Shown here piece after piece: positions 19,339-29,257 of a stretch of 64,000 nt of DNA. The position numbers were made by a program, and so were the translations under genes. Positions within the stretch are counted from its first letter, which is position 1; each line of letters begins with the position of its first letter. Source of the DNA: Candidatus Latescibacterota bacterium (lineage in GTDB: Bacteria; Latescibacterota; UBA2968; UBA8231); contig OZ241362.1 of NCBI GenBank assembly GCA_965200315.1, forward strand, positions 4,096,001-4,160,000, written 5' to 3'. Under the pieces are notes generated by a model. The model was given only the letters and a program-made list of their open reading frames with translations, was not told the DNA's origin and did no database searches.

Positions 19339-20265
19339 ATGAGCTATCGATTCCTATTGCTCGCCTGCTTGGCAACGCTGGGGTTAGCCGCCGCTGGCTG
19401 GGGGCAGGCCGACGGTAAAATAGCGTTTACCTCCCTCCGCGAAGGGTACTTTGACGTGTGGATTATGAATGCGGACGGGAGCGACCCTGTAAACCTGACT
19501 CAAGGACGGCATTGCGCTAGCCCGGCTTGGTCCCCGGATGGCACGAAGATCGCCTATATCGGCGACATTTTTTACTACGATCAGGAGACTGGGGAGGTTC
19601 AGTTCGATGGGGAGATTTGGTTGATGGATGCCGATGGCGGCAATCCACAGCAGCTAACAGACGATTCCGTCAATAAAACATCGCTCTGGTGGTCTGAAGA
19701 CGGGCGTAGCATTTACTACACAGTGCCGGATAGAGACGATCAGTGGATTAGCTATGATGTGTTCGTTATGGCACTGGACGGCAGCGACTCCTCGCCCGTG
19801 GACTGGAGAGAGCCACTCCTCGACCAAGTCTTCACTCGTTCCCCAGACGGAACTAAATTAGCAAACGTCGTGTTGGCGGACGAAGAGGGCAATGCTCATC
19901 TCTATGTCCGCGATACTAGTGAGTACCAGCGCCTGTATCTTTCCCAGATTCAAGTTGATCTGTGGGGTACTCCCCTTCCTGATCTACCCCAGCAAGGTAA
20001 ATCTGAATTCGGCATTATGACAACAAGCCATCTTACTTGGTCGCCCGACAGCATGAGAATAGCCTTCGAAGCCTTTACTGGTCCGATTGTTGACGACCGA
20101 CATAGTGAGATTTGGGTCGTTGATATAGACGGGAGTAGCTTGGTTAATTTGACTAACGGCTTGGGTGGATATTCTCCCGCTTGGCAACCTGTCTCCCCTG
20201 CTGCTACTGCCACGAGCGTCGAGTCCCAGTCGTGGGGCCAGATCAAATCGCTGCTTTCTCATTAA
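19339..20265 (+). CDS. TolB-like (PD40) beta-propeller secreted protein with C-terminal WGQIK motif
   Basis: Signal peptide; repeats IWxMxADGS..NLT, PAWSPDGTKIA; tail SVESQSWGQIKSLLSH. Confidence 0.88.
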   Translation: MSYRFLLLACLATLGLAAAGWGQADGKIAFTSLREGYFDVWIMNADGSDPVNLTQGRHCASPAWSPDGTKIAYIGDIFYYDQETGEVQFDGEIWLMDADGGNPQQLTDDSVNKTSLWWSEDGRSIYYTVPDRDDQWISYDVFVMALDGSDSSPVDWREPLLDQVFTRSPDGTKLANVVLADEEGNAHLYVRDTSEYQRLYLSQIQVDLWGTPLPDLPQQGKSEFGIMTTSHLTWSPDSMRIAFEAFTGPIVDDRHSEIWVVDIDGSSLVNLTNGLGGYSPAWQPVSPAATATSVESQSWGQIKSLLSH

Positions 20266-20322
20266 TCGCGCCTCGTGTTTAGGGGCGGTGCGGAGCGCAA
20301 GCCCTCTATGCACCATTAATCC

Positions 20323-20620
20323 CCGCCTTTTAAAGCTTCAGTGTCTCGTCAATGGGGGATTTTGGTGGAGCGACGTGCGCGACGTGGCGAATGCCATAGC
20401 GAATGCGGTGGGGGCGAACGAGTACGGAGACGAGGTTCATTTTACTGCGGGGCGATACGCCAAAGTCATTGGGCTAGCGAGTCTGTGTTCCGAGGTCTTG
20501 GGGCATAGCGTGACGCGCCCTGTCATACCCTATTTTCTGGCTCGGGTAGGTTTGCCCTTGATTAAATTACACGCCGCACGGCACAACCAACCGCTGCTTT
20601 ACTCCCGAAATTCGGCAACA
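20323..20620 (+). pseudogene. Fragment of NAD-dependent epimerase / dihydroflavonol-reductase-like (HpnA-like) gene
   Basis: LVNGGFWWSDVRDVA...PLLYS C-terminal half only; no Rossmann N-terminus. Confidence 0.6.
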
Positions 20621-20622
20621 TA

Positions 20623-20822
20623 GTGGTCGCCATGTGGATTGCGCACTACGTCCATCGCACACTTATATGGCCGTGGATTGTTCCAAGACGCGATAGTGCG
20701 ATGTGTATGATGCTGTGTGTGTCCGGCATATTTTTTAACGTACTCAATGGCGTTTTATGGGGATGGTTCATGGGATACATCGCCGATTATGCCAGCGATT
20801 GGGCGACCGATTCGCGATTTGA
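20623..20822 (+). pseudogene. Fragment of 3-oxo-5-alpha-steroid 4-dehydrogenase (SRD5A-like) gene
   Basis: WIAHYVHRTLIWP, FNVLNG, Y...W.TDSRF; both ends missing. Confidence 0.65.
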
Positions 20823-21055
20823 AAGCGCGATTCTATATCGTCTCGTTTGTCGCTCGACAATGGGTAGAGCAGATTCAACTCGCCGCCCGTGTTCGGATTC
20901 GCGTCAAAGCGCGGCGAGTTGCTGCTGGAAACTTGACGTAGCGAACCATTGTAGCTCTGGTCGTTTCGGCGACAACCAATAAACCTGACGAGGAGCTACA
21001 CGGCAAAGTAGAAGTGGTGTCGTCCACATAAATCAAGGAGTCATAGATACCCGGT

Positions 21056-22303
21056 ATGCCCCGCGACCAGATGCTCACCCCGGAAGAAGCCCGCGCCATC
21101 GTCCTTGAGCGCGTGAAAGTCCTCGGACCCGAACGCGTCTCTCTGCTCGATGCTGCCGGCCGCGTACTCGCCCAAGATGTGTTGGCGCGGCGCGACAACC
21201 CGCCCTGCGACAATTCGGCCATGGACGGCTATGCCGTGCGCCATGCGGATGTAGCCGCAACGAGCGACGATGCGCCCGTAGCTTTGGAGATCATTGAAGA
21301 CATACCGGCCGGCAAGGTGCCGCAAAAAGCGGTTGGCCCCGGTCAAGCCAGTCGCATTATGACGGGCGCGGCCGTGCCCGCCGGCGCCGACACCATCGCC
21401 CCGGTAGAGGACACCCGCCCCGCCGCTCAGAGAGTCGAAATCCTCGCTGTTGAAGAGTGCGGCGCACACATTCGCCGACGCGGCGAGGACATGCGCTACG
21501 GCGAGCCGATCATCAAGGCCGGTACAGAGTGTGGCCCGGGCGAACTGGCCGTGCTCGCCGCCGTGCAGCAGAGCTTTGTCTCGGTGTATCGCCGACCGCG
21601 CGTAGCCATCCTCTCCACTGGCGACGAGCTAGTCGAGATCGAGGAGACGCCCGGAGAAGGTCAGATCGTCAACAGCAATACGTGCGCCCTAGCTGCCTTT
21701 TGCCGCGCCCACGGAGCCGAGCCGGTGATGCTGCCCACAGTAGCGGACGACGAAGCCGCGATCCGCGCCACCATTGAGGCCGCCATCCGCGCTGATTTCG
21801 CCGTCTCCTCGGGCGGCGTCTCGGTCGGCGAATACGACTTCGTCAAAAAGGTCCTCGACGACTTGGGGGCCGAGACGATCTTCTGGCGCGTGGCCATGAA
21901 ACCAGGTAAGCCGCTGGTCTTTTGCACGGTCGGCGGCGTGCCCTACTTCGGCCTGCCCGGCAACCCGGTATCGAGCATGATGTCCTTTCTCCAGTTCGTG
22001 CGCCCGGCCATCCGCAAGGCCGCAGGCTATCCGCAATCGGCGTGGTTTTTGCCCGAGGCACACGCTCGGGTAGAAAGCCCCTGCGACAACGACGGCGACC
22101 GCCGCCAGTACATGCGCGCCACCTTGCGCTACCAAGATGGCCAGTTCTGGGTGCGCCCCGCCCGCAGTCAAGGCTCGCACATCATCAGCTCCATGCTCAA
22201 CGCCAATAGCTTCGTCGTCTTAGAACCTCGCCAGCGCGCTGAGATCGGCGACCAAGTACTGGTGCAACTTGTTGGAGAACCGGAAGTTATCTCACAACTC
22301 TGA
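21056..22303 (+). CDS. moeA: Molybdopterin molybdotransferase
   Basis: SAMDGYAV, RIMTGAAVP, STGDEL, SSGGVSVG, MKPGKP, LPGNPVS. Confidence 0.96.
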   Translation: MPRDQMLTPEEARAIVLERVKVLGPERVSLLDAAGRVLAQDVLARRDNPPCDNSAMDGYAVRHADVAATSDDAPVALEIIEDIPAGKVPQKAVGPGQASRIMTGAAVPAGADTIAPVEDTRPAAQRVEILAVEECGAHIRRRGEDMRYGEPIIKAGTECGPGELAVLAAVQQSFVSVYRRPRVAILSTGDELVEIEETPGEGQIVNSNTCALAAFCRAHGAEPVMLPTVADDEAAIRATIEAAIRADFAVSSGGVSVGEYDFVKKVLDDLGAETIFWRVAMKPGKPLVFCTVGGVPYFGLPGNPVSSMMSFLQFVRPAIRKAAGYPQSAWFLPEAHARVESPCDNDGDRRQYMRATLRYQDGQFWVRPARSQGSHIISSMLNANSFVVLEPRQRAEIGDQVLVQLVGEPEVISQL

Positions 22304-22419
22304 ATGCGTCATTTCACGTAGGGACGCCCCGTTGTTTGGGGATTGGTGGCATGTATGAGGTAGCGGCAAAAAATCGCGACCCTTAGTGCCACCCGGTCGC
22401 TTCACCCTTAGGATCCGTT

Positions 22420-23484
22420 ATGGCCTCCAAAATACTCGACAATCGCACCCTAAAGCCACTGCAACCGGCGACCTCGCTGTGGAAACAGTACAACCCGGCG
22501 GCCGCGTCCCGCGCCTTTAAAGCCGAAAATCCAGCTCAAGCGCACCGCTGGCAAAAGACGACGCGACGCGCCCTCGCCAAGCATCTGAACCTAGCCGCCG
22601 GCAACGAGACGGACTTGTCCCCGCGCAAAGTAGAAGAAATCGACAAAGGCGATTATACGCGGCAAAAAATAATCCTGCGCACCGGCCCCCACGCGCAGAT
22701 GCCGGTGTACATTCTGCTGCCCAAAGGTGCCACCGGCCCCCTACCTACGGTAGTGGCTTTCCACGGCCACGGGTACGGCGTCAAGGACATCGTCGGTTTG
22801 TGGGAAGATGGCGGCGAGCGCGACGAGCCCGACGGGTACCACAAGGACTTCGGCGTGGCCCTGTGCCGCGCTGGCTTTGCCGTAGCCGCTCCAGAAATTT
22901 CGGGCTTTGGCGAGCGCCAGACCGATTTCTCCTATCTGGAACGCGGCCAAGGAGCGCCTTCGACCTGTACCCATATGGCCATGCTCGCCTTCCACTTGGG
23001 CTCCTCAGTGGTCGGCATCCGCGTACGCGATGGCCTGCGCTTGGTCGATTACTTGGAAACTCGCGCCGAGTTCGACACCAGTCGCCTCGGTGCCATGGGC
23101 ATTTCGGGCGGTGGCATGCACACCTTCTTCTCCACCTGCATGGACGAGCGCATCCGCGCCTGCGTGATCAGCGGCTACTACTCGACCTTCCAACACAGCA
23201 TCCTCGCCATGTCGCACTGCCCCTGCAATTACGTGCCGGGCTTGGCCGAATTCGGCGAAATGTACGATCTAGTCGGCCTCATCGCCCCGCGCCCATTGCT
23301 GGTGGAAGCCGGCACTCACGACCCCATCTTCCCCATTGCCGCCGTGCGCTCCAGCCTGACCAAGGCGCGTCGGGTATATGGTGTTTTCTCAGCGCGCCGA
23401 CGAGTGGAAGCCGACATCTTTTCGGGCCGCCACCAGATCAGCGGTGCCCGCGCCTACGATTTTTTGTCGGAGGCCCTTGGGTAA
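22420..23484 (+). CDS. Alpha/beta hydrolase (dienelactone hydrolase / acetylxylan esterase-like)
   Basis: HGHG, GISGGG nucleophile elbow, IAPRPLL, D..FP, GRH. Confidence 0.9.
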   Translation: MASKILDNRTLKPLQPATSLWKQYNPAAASRAFKAENPAQAHRWQKTTRRALAKHLNLAAGNETDLSPRKVEEIDKGDYTRQKIILRTGPHAQMPVYILLPKGATGPLPTVVAFHGHGYGVKDIVGLWEDGGERDEPDGYHKDFGVALCRAGFAVAAPEISGFGERQTDFSYLERGQGAPSTCTHMAMLAFHLGSSVVGIRVRDGLRLVDYLETRAEFDTSRLGAMGISGGGMHTFFSTCMDERIRACVISGYYSTFQHSILAMSHCPCNYVPGLAEFGEMYDLVGLIAPRPLLVEAGTHDPIFPIAAVRSSLTKARRVYGVFSARRRVEADIFSGRHQISGARAYDFLSEALG

Positions 23485-23557
23485 GAAGTGTCATTCCGCT
23501 TTTGTAGTCTTTCACAAAGTCCACCGGAGCCCCCGGGAGTGGTGCAGGGTCTGGCCC

Positions 23558-23747
23558 TTACAAAGCACCAAGCGGCACGGCATCTACCGACGACGTCAGG
23601 GGAAAGCGCTCGCGGCAAAGGCACACCAGAAGGCCGTGCGCTGCACGGGTGCCAAAAAGGGCTTGGAAGCGCTCGATTGCTTGGGCGTGTGCCGGCTTGG
23701 GCGTGGCGGTGAGCGAGCGGACGCTCGGTGTACGGAAGTTCCACCAT
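23558..23747 (-). pseudogene. Collapsed AAA_14/DUF4143 ATPase gene (only N- and C-terminal ends remain)
   Basis: MVELPYTERPL joined out of frame to LTATPKPAHAQAIERFQALFG...GLLVCLCRERFPL...AVP stop, a DUF4143-like tail. Confidence 0.65.
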
Positions 23748-23765
23748 AATAGGCCGTAAGTGCAA

Positions 23766-23794
23766 GCAAATTTGGAGTCCAATTCCAAATTTGC
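23766..23794. promoter_or_regulatory. Palindromic operator upstream of the collapsed ATPase gene
   Basis: GCAAATTTGGA-N7-TCCAAATTTGC perfect 11-bp inverted repeat, 18 bp from the ATG. Confidence 0.7.
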
Positions 23795-24024
23795 ACATTA
23801 AATAGAACCGCTCAACTTCCATCGCTTGCGGATTAACTAGCTATCGCTTGACAAAAGGATTATTAGCGTACTCCGTACACGACACTGCGGTCTTAGCTGG
23901 GAGCACGGGCATCTCGCCCGCGGAGAAAACGCGTACGCAGAGTACTGGTCAGCGTATAATAACGTAGCCTCGAATGTTCTGGTATCAATTGACACCAGAT
24001 GTGCCCTAACCCCAAGGAACCCTT

Positions 24025-25032
24025 ATGAACCGTCCCCCCGCAGAATTCAAACGCGTACCCGTCGCCCTGCTACGTTCCTTTACAGCCGACTGCCTCAAGG
24101 CCGCCGGGCTGCGCTCCGACCACGCCGATCAGCTAGCCGAGTTGTTGTCCAACTCCGACCTGCGCGGCGTGCGCTCGCACGGCACTCGCGCTATGGTTGG
24201 CTATTGCGGCAGCCTCCGCGACGGCACCGTCAACCCCAACCCCGACTTGCGAGTACTCCAAGATACCGAGACCACGGTCCTCATCGACGGCGATGGCGGC
24301 TTGGGCTACGCGCCGATGATGCTGGCGACCGAAAAGGCCATTGAGAAAGCCAAGCAATACAAGGTGGCCCTCGGCGCGGCCTGCCACCTCGGGCACTACG
24401 GCTCGGCCGGGCACTATGTGCGCCGCGCCATGCAGGAGAGTTGCTGTGCCTTTTCGGTGCAGGGGCACCATCCCAACTACTTCGGCGAGGGCGGCGGCAA
24501 CAAGGGCCAGCAATCGGCCTACTGGGGCAATCCGCCGATCTGCTTTGGCTTCCCGTCAGAAGAAGAGCCGCCGTTGGTCCTCGACGCAGCCACCTGCATC
24601 TTGGCCGACTATCATCGCGGCCCGGAATACGACGCCTTACAGGAGTTGATTCCGCCGGCTTTCTTCAAATCGATGGGCTATACCGGCTCGGCGCTGACGC
24701 TGGGCGGAGCTTTCGTCGGCCAAAACAGCGACCGCGCCCGGGTCGTTACCCAGCGGTGGCCCCGCGCGGGCAATGGCGGCCTAATCATCGTCATGGATAT
24801 TGGCGCGTTTGCCCCACCCGACTCCTTCCGCGCTGGCGTTGACAATCTCGTGCGCGGCGTCCGCGAGACCATGGAACCCATGCGCGGCTACGACGAGACG
24901 ACCCTGCCGGGGACCATTGAGCACCGCAAGAGCGAGGAATACGCCCGCGAAGGGGTGCCGATGGGATTGGACGATTTGGAAAGGCTAGCGGCGTGTGGGC
25001 GCGCGTTGGGGGTTGAGGCGGGGTGGGATTAA
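24025..25032 (+). CDS. Ldh_2 family (malate/L-lactate/sulfolactate) oxidoreductase
   Basis: SDLRGVRSHG, DGDGGLG, HYGSAG, GNPPI, LPG. Confidence 0.9.
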   Translation: MNRPPAEFKRVPVALLRSFTADCLKAAGLRSDHADQLAELLSNSDLRGVRSHGTRAMVGYCGSLRDGTVNPNPDLRVLQDTETTVLIDGDGGLGYAPMMLATEKAIEKAKQYKVALGAACHLGHYGSAGHYVRRAMQESCCAFSVQGHHPNYFGEGGGNKGQQSAYWGNPPICFGFPSEEEPPLVLDAATCILADYHRGPEYDALQELIPPAFFKSMGYTGSALTLGGAFVGQNSDRARVVTQRWPRAGNGGLIIVMDIGAFAPPDSFRAGVDNLVRGVRETMEPMRGYDETTLPGTIEHRKSEEYAREGVPMGLDDLERLAACGRALGVEAGWD

Positions 25033-25100
25033 ATATGCGCTGAGCGTTTTATCGGATTTGGCGTAAAATTTTAAGCCTCACTGCAAAATGTGCGCCATTC

Positions 25101-26165
25101 TTACTCGATCCGCACTTCCCGCCCCTGCTCTGCCGACTCGTATATCCCGTCGATCATCTTCTGCACCATCAGCCCGTGCTCGCCGGGCGCTAGGGTTTCC
25201 GCGTCGTAGAGTACGTGATCGACGAAGTTGCGCATCTTCTGGCCGAAGGCGTCGGCTGCCGGGCCGCTGGGCAGCCAGTCGGGCCGGGCGTTGACCATGT
25301 AGTCGTTGGCGTCGTGGAAAAAACCCGGCGGATCCCAGCTAGCCCCGCCCTTCTCGCCCATCAGCGTGAAGTTCCCCTCACCCTTCTCGATATGGGCGGC
25401 GAAGCTGGTCTCGATACTAAGCATCGCGCCGTTGGCAAAGCGGATATGCCCCACCGCTAGGTCTTCGACCGTATAGGTCTTGTAGTCCCAGTTGGGCCAG
25501 TGCGAGACCACGTTGGACGGCTTGTCGCCGATGTACGTATAGGTGCTGCCGCTAGCGGCCACCGGTTTGGGCGCACCCATTGCATAGTGCGTGGTCTCTA
25601 TCATGTGGACGCCGATGTCAATCAGCGGTCCGCCGCCTTGTAGGTCCTTGCGGCCAAAGACTCCCCAGTTGGGAATGCCGCGCCGTCGCAGGGCCTGCAC
25701 CCGGGCGTACAGGACTGTGCCCAGTTCGCCATCGTCAACGAGCTTTTTGATAAACTGCGTCTTTGGCTCATAGCGGTTCTGGAAGCCAATAATCAGCCTT
25801 TTGTCGTTTTCCGCCGCGGCGTCGAGCATCTTTTGGCCCTCGCGTACGTTCATGGCCAAAGGCTTCTCGACGAGGACGTGGGCCCCCGCTTCGAGCGCGG
25901 CTATGGAGCAGGGAGCGTGTAGGCCGTTGGGCGTACAGACGCTTACCGCGTCGGGTGCGACCTGCCGGAGCATCTCCTCGTAGTCGGCGTAGGCCGCGGG
26001 GATTTCGTATTCCTCGCAGTTTTTTTGCGCTCTTTCGATTACCACGTCCGCCGCGGCCACCATCTCCACATCGTCCATGTCTTGGTAATAGCGCATGTGC
26101 GCCCCAGCGATCCCACCAGCGCCGATCAGGGCGACGCGCAGCTTGTCTTGCTTGCTCTTAGTCAT
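25101..26165 (-). CDS. Gfo/Idh/MocA oxidoreductase
   Basis: IGAGGIA, CTPNGLH, VEKPLA, GGGPLIDIGVH. Confidence 0.95.
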   Translation of the reverse strand: MTKSKQDKLRVALIGAGGIAGAHMRYYQDMDDVEMVAAADVVIERAQKNCEEYEIPAAYADYEEMLRQVAPDAVSVCTPNGLHAPCSIAALEAGAHVLVEKPLAMNVREGQKMLDAAAENDKRLIIGFQNRYEPKTQFIKKLVDDGELGTVLYARVQALRRRGIPNWGVFGRKDLQGGGPLIDIGVHMIETTHYAMGAPKPVAASGSTYTYIGDKPSNVVSHWPNWDYKTYTVEDLAVGHIRFANGAMLSIETSFAAHIEKGEGNFTLMGEKGGASWDPPGFFHDANDYMVNARPDWLPSGPAADAFGQKMRNFVDHVLYDAETLAPGEHGLMVQKMIDGIYESAEQGREVRIE

Positions 26166-26199
26166 GGCTCTCCGCCTGTTTGAGATTGTGGCAAGGCAT

Positions 26200-26227
26200 A
26201 AAAAAACCGGCCCGCAGACCGGTTTTT
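26200..26227. terminator. Intrinsic terminator
   Basis: AAAAAAACCGG-cccgcaga-CCGGTTTTT hairpin with A/T tracts on both sides. Confidence 0.7.
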
Positions 26228-26245
26228 CCTCCTACAGATACCATC

Positions 26246-27148
26246 CTAGCCCGCTTGGAACTGCTCGATAAGCCGGCGCACGTCTGGATGTCCGTCAACG
26301 CTACGGTCGGGGTGGATGATCAGCCGGTAGCGGAAGACGGCCTTGTCGCCGCCGGGGATGGTCAGGCTCGCGTCTAGACTTGCGTCGCCCTTAAAATCGT
26401 GTACCCCAAAGGGATTGGCGGTAAACAGCCCGTAGCCTCGCACGTGCCAGTAGGTCGGGTGGCGGGGATTGTCGCGGTGATCGACGACGGTGTGCCCCCA
26501 CTCCGCGCCATCGGCGACCGGCCCGGAATAATCCACCCAAGCCGCCTGCTGGCCCCAAGTGGCCTCCTCGCCTTGGCCATTTTCAAAGACTTGGCCGGCC
26601 GAGTTTTCAATCCGCCCCGCGCCCTTGGCATCCATAGAGGTCGGCACCCGGATCGCAAACAGCCCGCCCTCTTTGGTGTCGCCGAAGGTCACGTCTCCGT
26701 AGCGGGCGCGGAACTCGCTGCGTTGGTCCAAGATGCGCAACGAACCTTCGGCGCGGATGGCGATGGTGCGCCGCTCCTCTAACAGCTTCTCACCCTCCGG
26801 TCCGAACCAATCGACGATCCCGTCGATCTGGGCTGCGCCGTCGGCTGCGCCGACTACTGGCTCGCCTCGCTGGAGCATGGCCCCGTGGCCCGTGCCTTCG
26901 TCCCAGAGGTTGTGGCCGTTGACGAGGCCGTGGGCCGTGTAGATGCCGCGATGGTGGTAGTGGTCCTGCGTTTCGCCCGCGACATCTTCCATCGGATAGG
27001 CGCGCGTGAGCCCGGTGCCGTTGGGCGTCAGCACTGGATAGAGGTACGGTCGGCACACGTAGTGGCCGTAGCGGTATTCGGTAAAAAGCTGGCCGTCGAT
27101 AGTGACGACGGCCTTGCAGTCTGCGGGAATTAGCTCGATAGCGATCAT
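26246..27148 (-). CDS. PmoA-family (PF14100/DUF6807-like) beta-sandwich protein
   Basis: PYLYPV...TRAYP...DHYHHRG, GDTKEGG, DHRDNPRHPTYWHVRGYGLFTANPFG. Confidence 0.85.
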   Translation of the reverse strand: MIAIELIPADCKAVVTIDGQLFTEYRYGHYVCRPYLYPVLTPNGTGLTRAYPMEDVAGETQDHYHHRGIYTAHGLVNGHNLWDEGTGHGAMLQRGEPVVGAADGAAQIDGIVDWFGPEGEKLLEERRTIAIRAEGSLRILDQRSEFRARYGDVTFGDTKEGGLFAIRVPTSMDAKGAGRIENSAGQVFENGQGEEATWGQQAAWVDYSGPVADGAEWGHTVVDHRDNPRHPTYWHVRGYGLFTANPFGVHDFKGDASLDASLTIPGGDKAVFRYRLIIHPDRSVDGHPDVRRLIEQFQAG

Positions 27149-27161
27149 TGCTTCCTTTCCG

Positions 27162-28502
27162 TTATGCGGCTCGGCCACAGCAGCGCTTGTACTTCTTGCC
27201 GCTGCCACAGGAGCACGGGTCGTTGCGCCCGGGGGACTTTTGGTGCAGGGCCGCCTTGACTGCGTCCCGTTTGCGAGCCCATTCCATCACGCCGGTAGCC
27301 GGTCGGCCATGCCGCAGCTCGTTGGCCATAAAGCGCATGTAGGGATCGGCGTGCCCAAAGTACATCTTGTACCCCTTGCACAGGTAGTTGAGGCCGTCTT
27401 CGCCGCGTGGGGTTTTGGTAAAGCGGTGCTTGGGGCAGCCGCCGTTGCAGGCGAAGCGGTATTCGCATTCAATGCAGTACTGGGGCAGCGTGTCCTTTTT
27501 GTCCTGCCCGAACTTGGTCTGCTGAGGGCTGGCGACCATGTCGCGGATGCTCTCCGTGTGGACGTTGCCGAGGCGATAATCCGAATAGACAAAGTGGTCG
27601 CAAGAATACAGGTCACCGTTGTGCTCGATGATCAGGGCCTTGCCGCAGGTCTCGGCGAAGATGCACAGGCTCGCATCTTGGCCCAGCCACGAGCCGAGCG
27701 TCACGTCAAAGAGCTGTACGAAGACTTGGCCGACGTCGTTGCGTACCCATTCGTCAAAGATCGCGCAGAGGAACTTGCCGTACTGCCCTGGGCCTACCGA
27801 CCATTTGGAGACCGGCGCACGGCCCTCGTATTCGGGATCGACTAACTCCAGTCCGTCCTCGTCTGGCTGGTGTGCGATGCGCTCGACGATGGGAATAAAC
27901 TGCATAAACCCCGAGCCCTCTTCGCGCAGGAAGCGGTAGATTTCGAGCGGATGATCGGCGTTGTGGTTTTGCAGCACGGTCAGGGTATTGAATTCCACCG
28001 CGTGCTTTTTGAGCATTTGCAGGCCGGTGTACACTCGGTCGTAGGTCGGCTTCTGGCCCTTGTCAACCCGATAGCGGTCGTGGTAGGGTCGCGGCCCGTC
28101 GATCGACAGCCCGATTAGGAATTTGTTTTCCGCGAGGAACTCGCCCCACTCGTCGTCGAGGAGGATGCCGTTGGTCTGGAAGGCGTTGGTGACGAGCTTG
28201 CCGTCGGCGTATTGTTGCTGTAGCTCGACTGCGCGGCGAAAGAAGTCCACGCCCATCAGGGTCGGCTCGCCGCCCTGCCAGGCAAAGTCCACCTGCGGCA
28301 CGTCTTGGGCCTCAATGTACTGCTTGACGTATAGTTCGAGCGTCTCGTCGGACATGCGCCAGTTTTTGCGCGCGTCCGGGTAGAGCTTCTCCTTTTCGAG
28401 GTAGAAGCAGTACTTGCAGTCGATGTTGCAGACCGAGCCCGAGGGCTTGGCCATTATGTGGCTAGACGCCGGAGCAGGGTTGAGTGTGGTCGCAGTTTCC
28501 AT
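27162..28502 (-). CDS. Anaerobic sulfatase-maturating radical SAM enzyme (anSME/AslB) with SEC-C tail
   Basis: CNIDCKYCFY, WQGGEPTL, SPASM cysteines, GRNDPCSCGSGKKYKRCCG. Confidence 0.95.
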   Translation of the reverse strand: METATTLNPAPASSHIMAKPSGSVCNIDCKYCFYLEKEKLYPDARKNWRMSDETLELYVKQYIEAQDVPQVDFAWQGGEPTLMGVDFFRRAVELQQQYADGKLVTNAFQTNGILLDDEWGEFLAENKFLIGLSIDGPRPYHDRYRVDKGQKPTYDRVYTGLQMLKKHAVEFNTLTVLQNHNADHPLEIYRFLREEGSGFMQFIPIVERIAHQPDEDGLELVDPEYEGRAPVSKWSVGPGQYGKFLCAIFDEWVRNDVGQVFVQLFDVTLGSWLGQDASLCIFAETCGKALIIEHNGDLYSCDHFVYSDYRLGNVHTESIRDMVASPQQTKFGQDKKDTLPQYCIECEYRFACNGGCPKHRFTKTPRGEDGLNYLCKGYKMYFGHADPYMRFMANELRHGRPATGVMEWARKRDAVKAALHQKSPGRNDPCSCGSGKKYKRCCGRAA

Positions 28503-28571
28503 CAGGGCCTATCTTGAGGTGGTGAGTATGATAGGGTTTGCCCTTTCGCAATGCAAATATAGGACACTCTA

Positions 28572-29255
28572 ATGAGTACCATTTTCGTCGGCGATGTCCA
28601 CGGCTGCGCCGCTGAGTTCGCAGCCTTCCTCGCAAAAGCAGACTACGACCCTGCCCAAGATCGCCTGTTGCTGACCGGCGATGCTTTTTCTCGCGGCCCG
28701 GACCCGCTGGCGGTGTGGCAGTTGATTTGCGATACCGACGCCGAGATGGTCTTGGGCAATCACGACGCCCGCCTCTTGAAGCAGCTAACCGCGCTGGCGA
28801 AAGGCCGCAAGCCCAAAATAAAGTTCCCCGACCAGCGCTATACCCTCGCCCAGCTTCATCCCGCCCACGACGAAATCCTCGCTTGGCTCCGGCAGTGCCC
28901 GCTCTACATCGCCGAAGACGCTTTCCTCCTAGTCCACGCCGGCATCCACCCGAAAAAGGGCCTACAAGGCACCCGCCGCAGAGAATTCCTAAAGATCCGC
29001 ACTTGGCCGCCCACCGACGATCTCGCCAGTCCGCGCTGGCACGATTTCTACAAGCCGGAGCATCCCCTGCTCATCTTTGGCCACGACGCGCCCGGCGGTT
29101 TGGTGGTCAAAAAGCGCGCTGGCCGCCCCTATCTTCTCGGCCTCGACTCGGGCTGCATCTATGGCGGCGAGCTCAGTGGTTATGTGCTTGAAGAGGCGCG
29201 GCTCTTGCAGGTGGAGAGTCAGCAAGTAGCGGATGTGTGGAAGCGGCAGGCTTAG
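28572..29255 (+). CDS. Metallophosphoesterase (ApaH/PrpE-like)
   Basis: GDVHGC, TGD..RGPD, LGNHD, VHAG, FGHD, LDSGC. Confidence 0.92.
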   Translation: MSTIFVGDVHGCAAEFAAFLAKADYDPAQDRLLLTGDAFSRGPDPLAVWQLICDTDAEMVLGNHDARLLKQLTALAKGRKPKIKFPDQRYTLAQLHPAHDEILAWLRQCPLYIAEDAFLLVHAGIHPKKGLQGTRRREFLKIRTWPPTDDLASPRWHDFYKPEHPLLIFGHDAPGGLVVKKRAGRPYLLGLDSGCIYGGELSGYVLEEARLLQVESQQVADVWKRQA

Positions 29256-29257
29256 GC

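Noticed and set aside
23897-23921. REP-like hairpin CTGGGAGCACGGGCATCTCGCCCGC (also GTAGGGACGCCCC near 22318)
   Set aside because: Single short copies in the window; repeat status cannot be established.
26246-27148. Particulate methane monooxygenase
   Set aside because: The PmoA family label is misleading; this is a soluble protein with no pmoB/pmoC, next to a sugar oxidoreductase.
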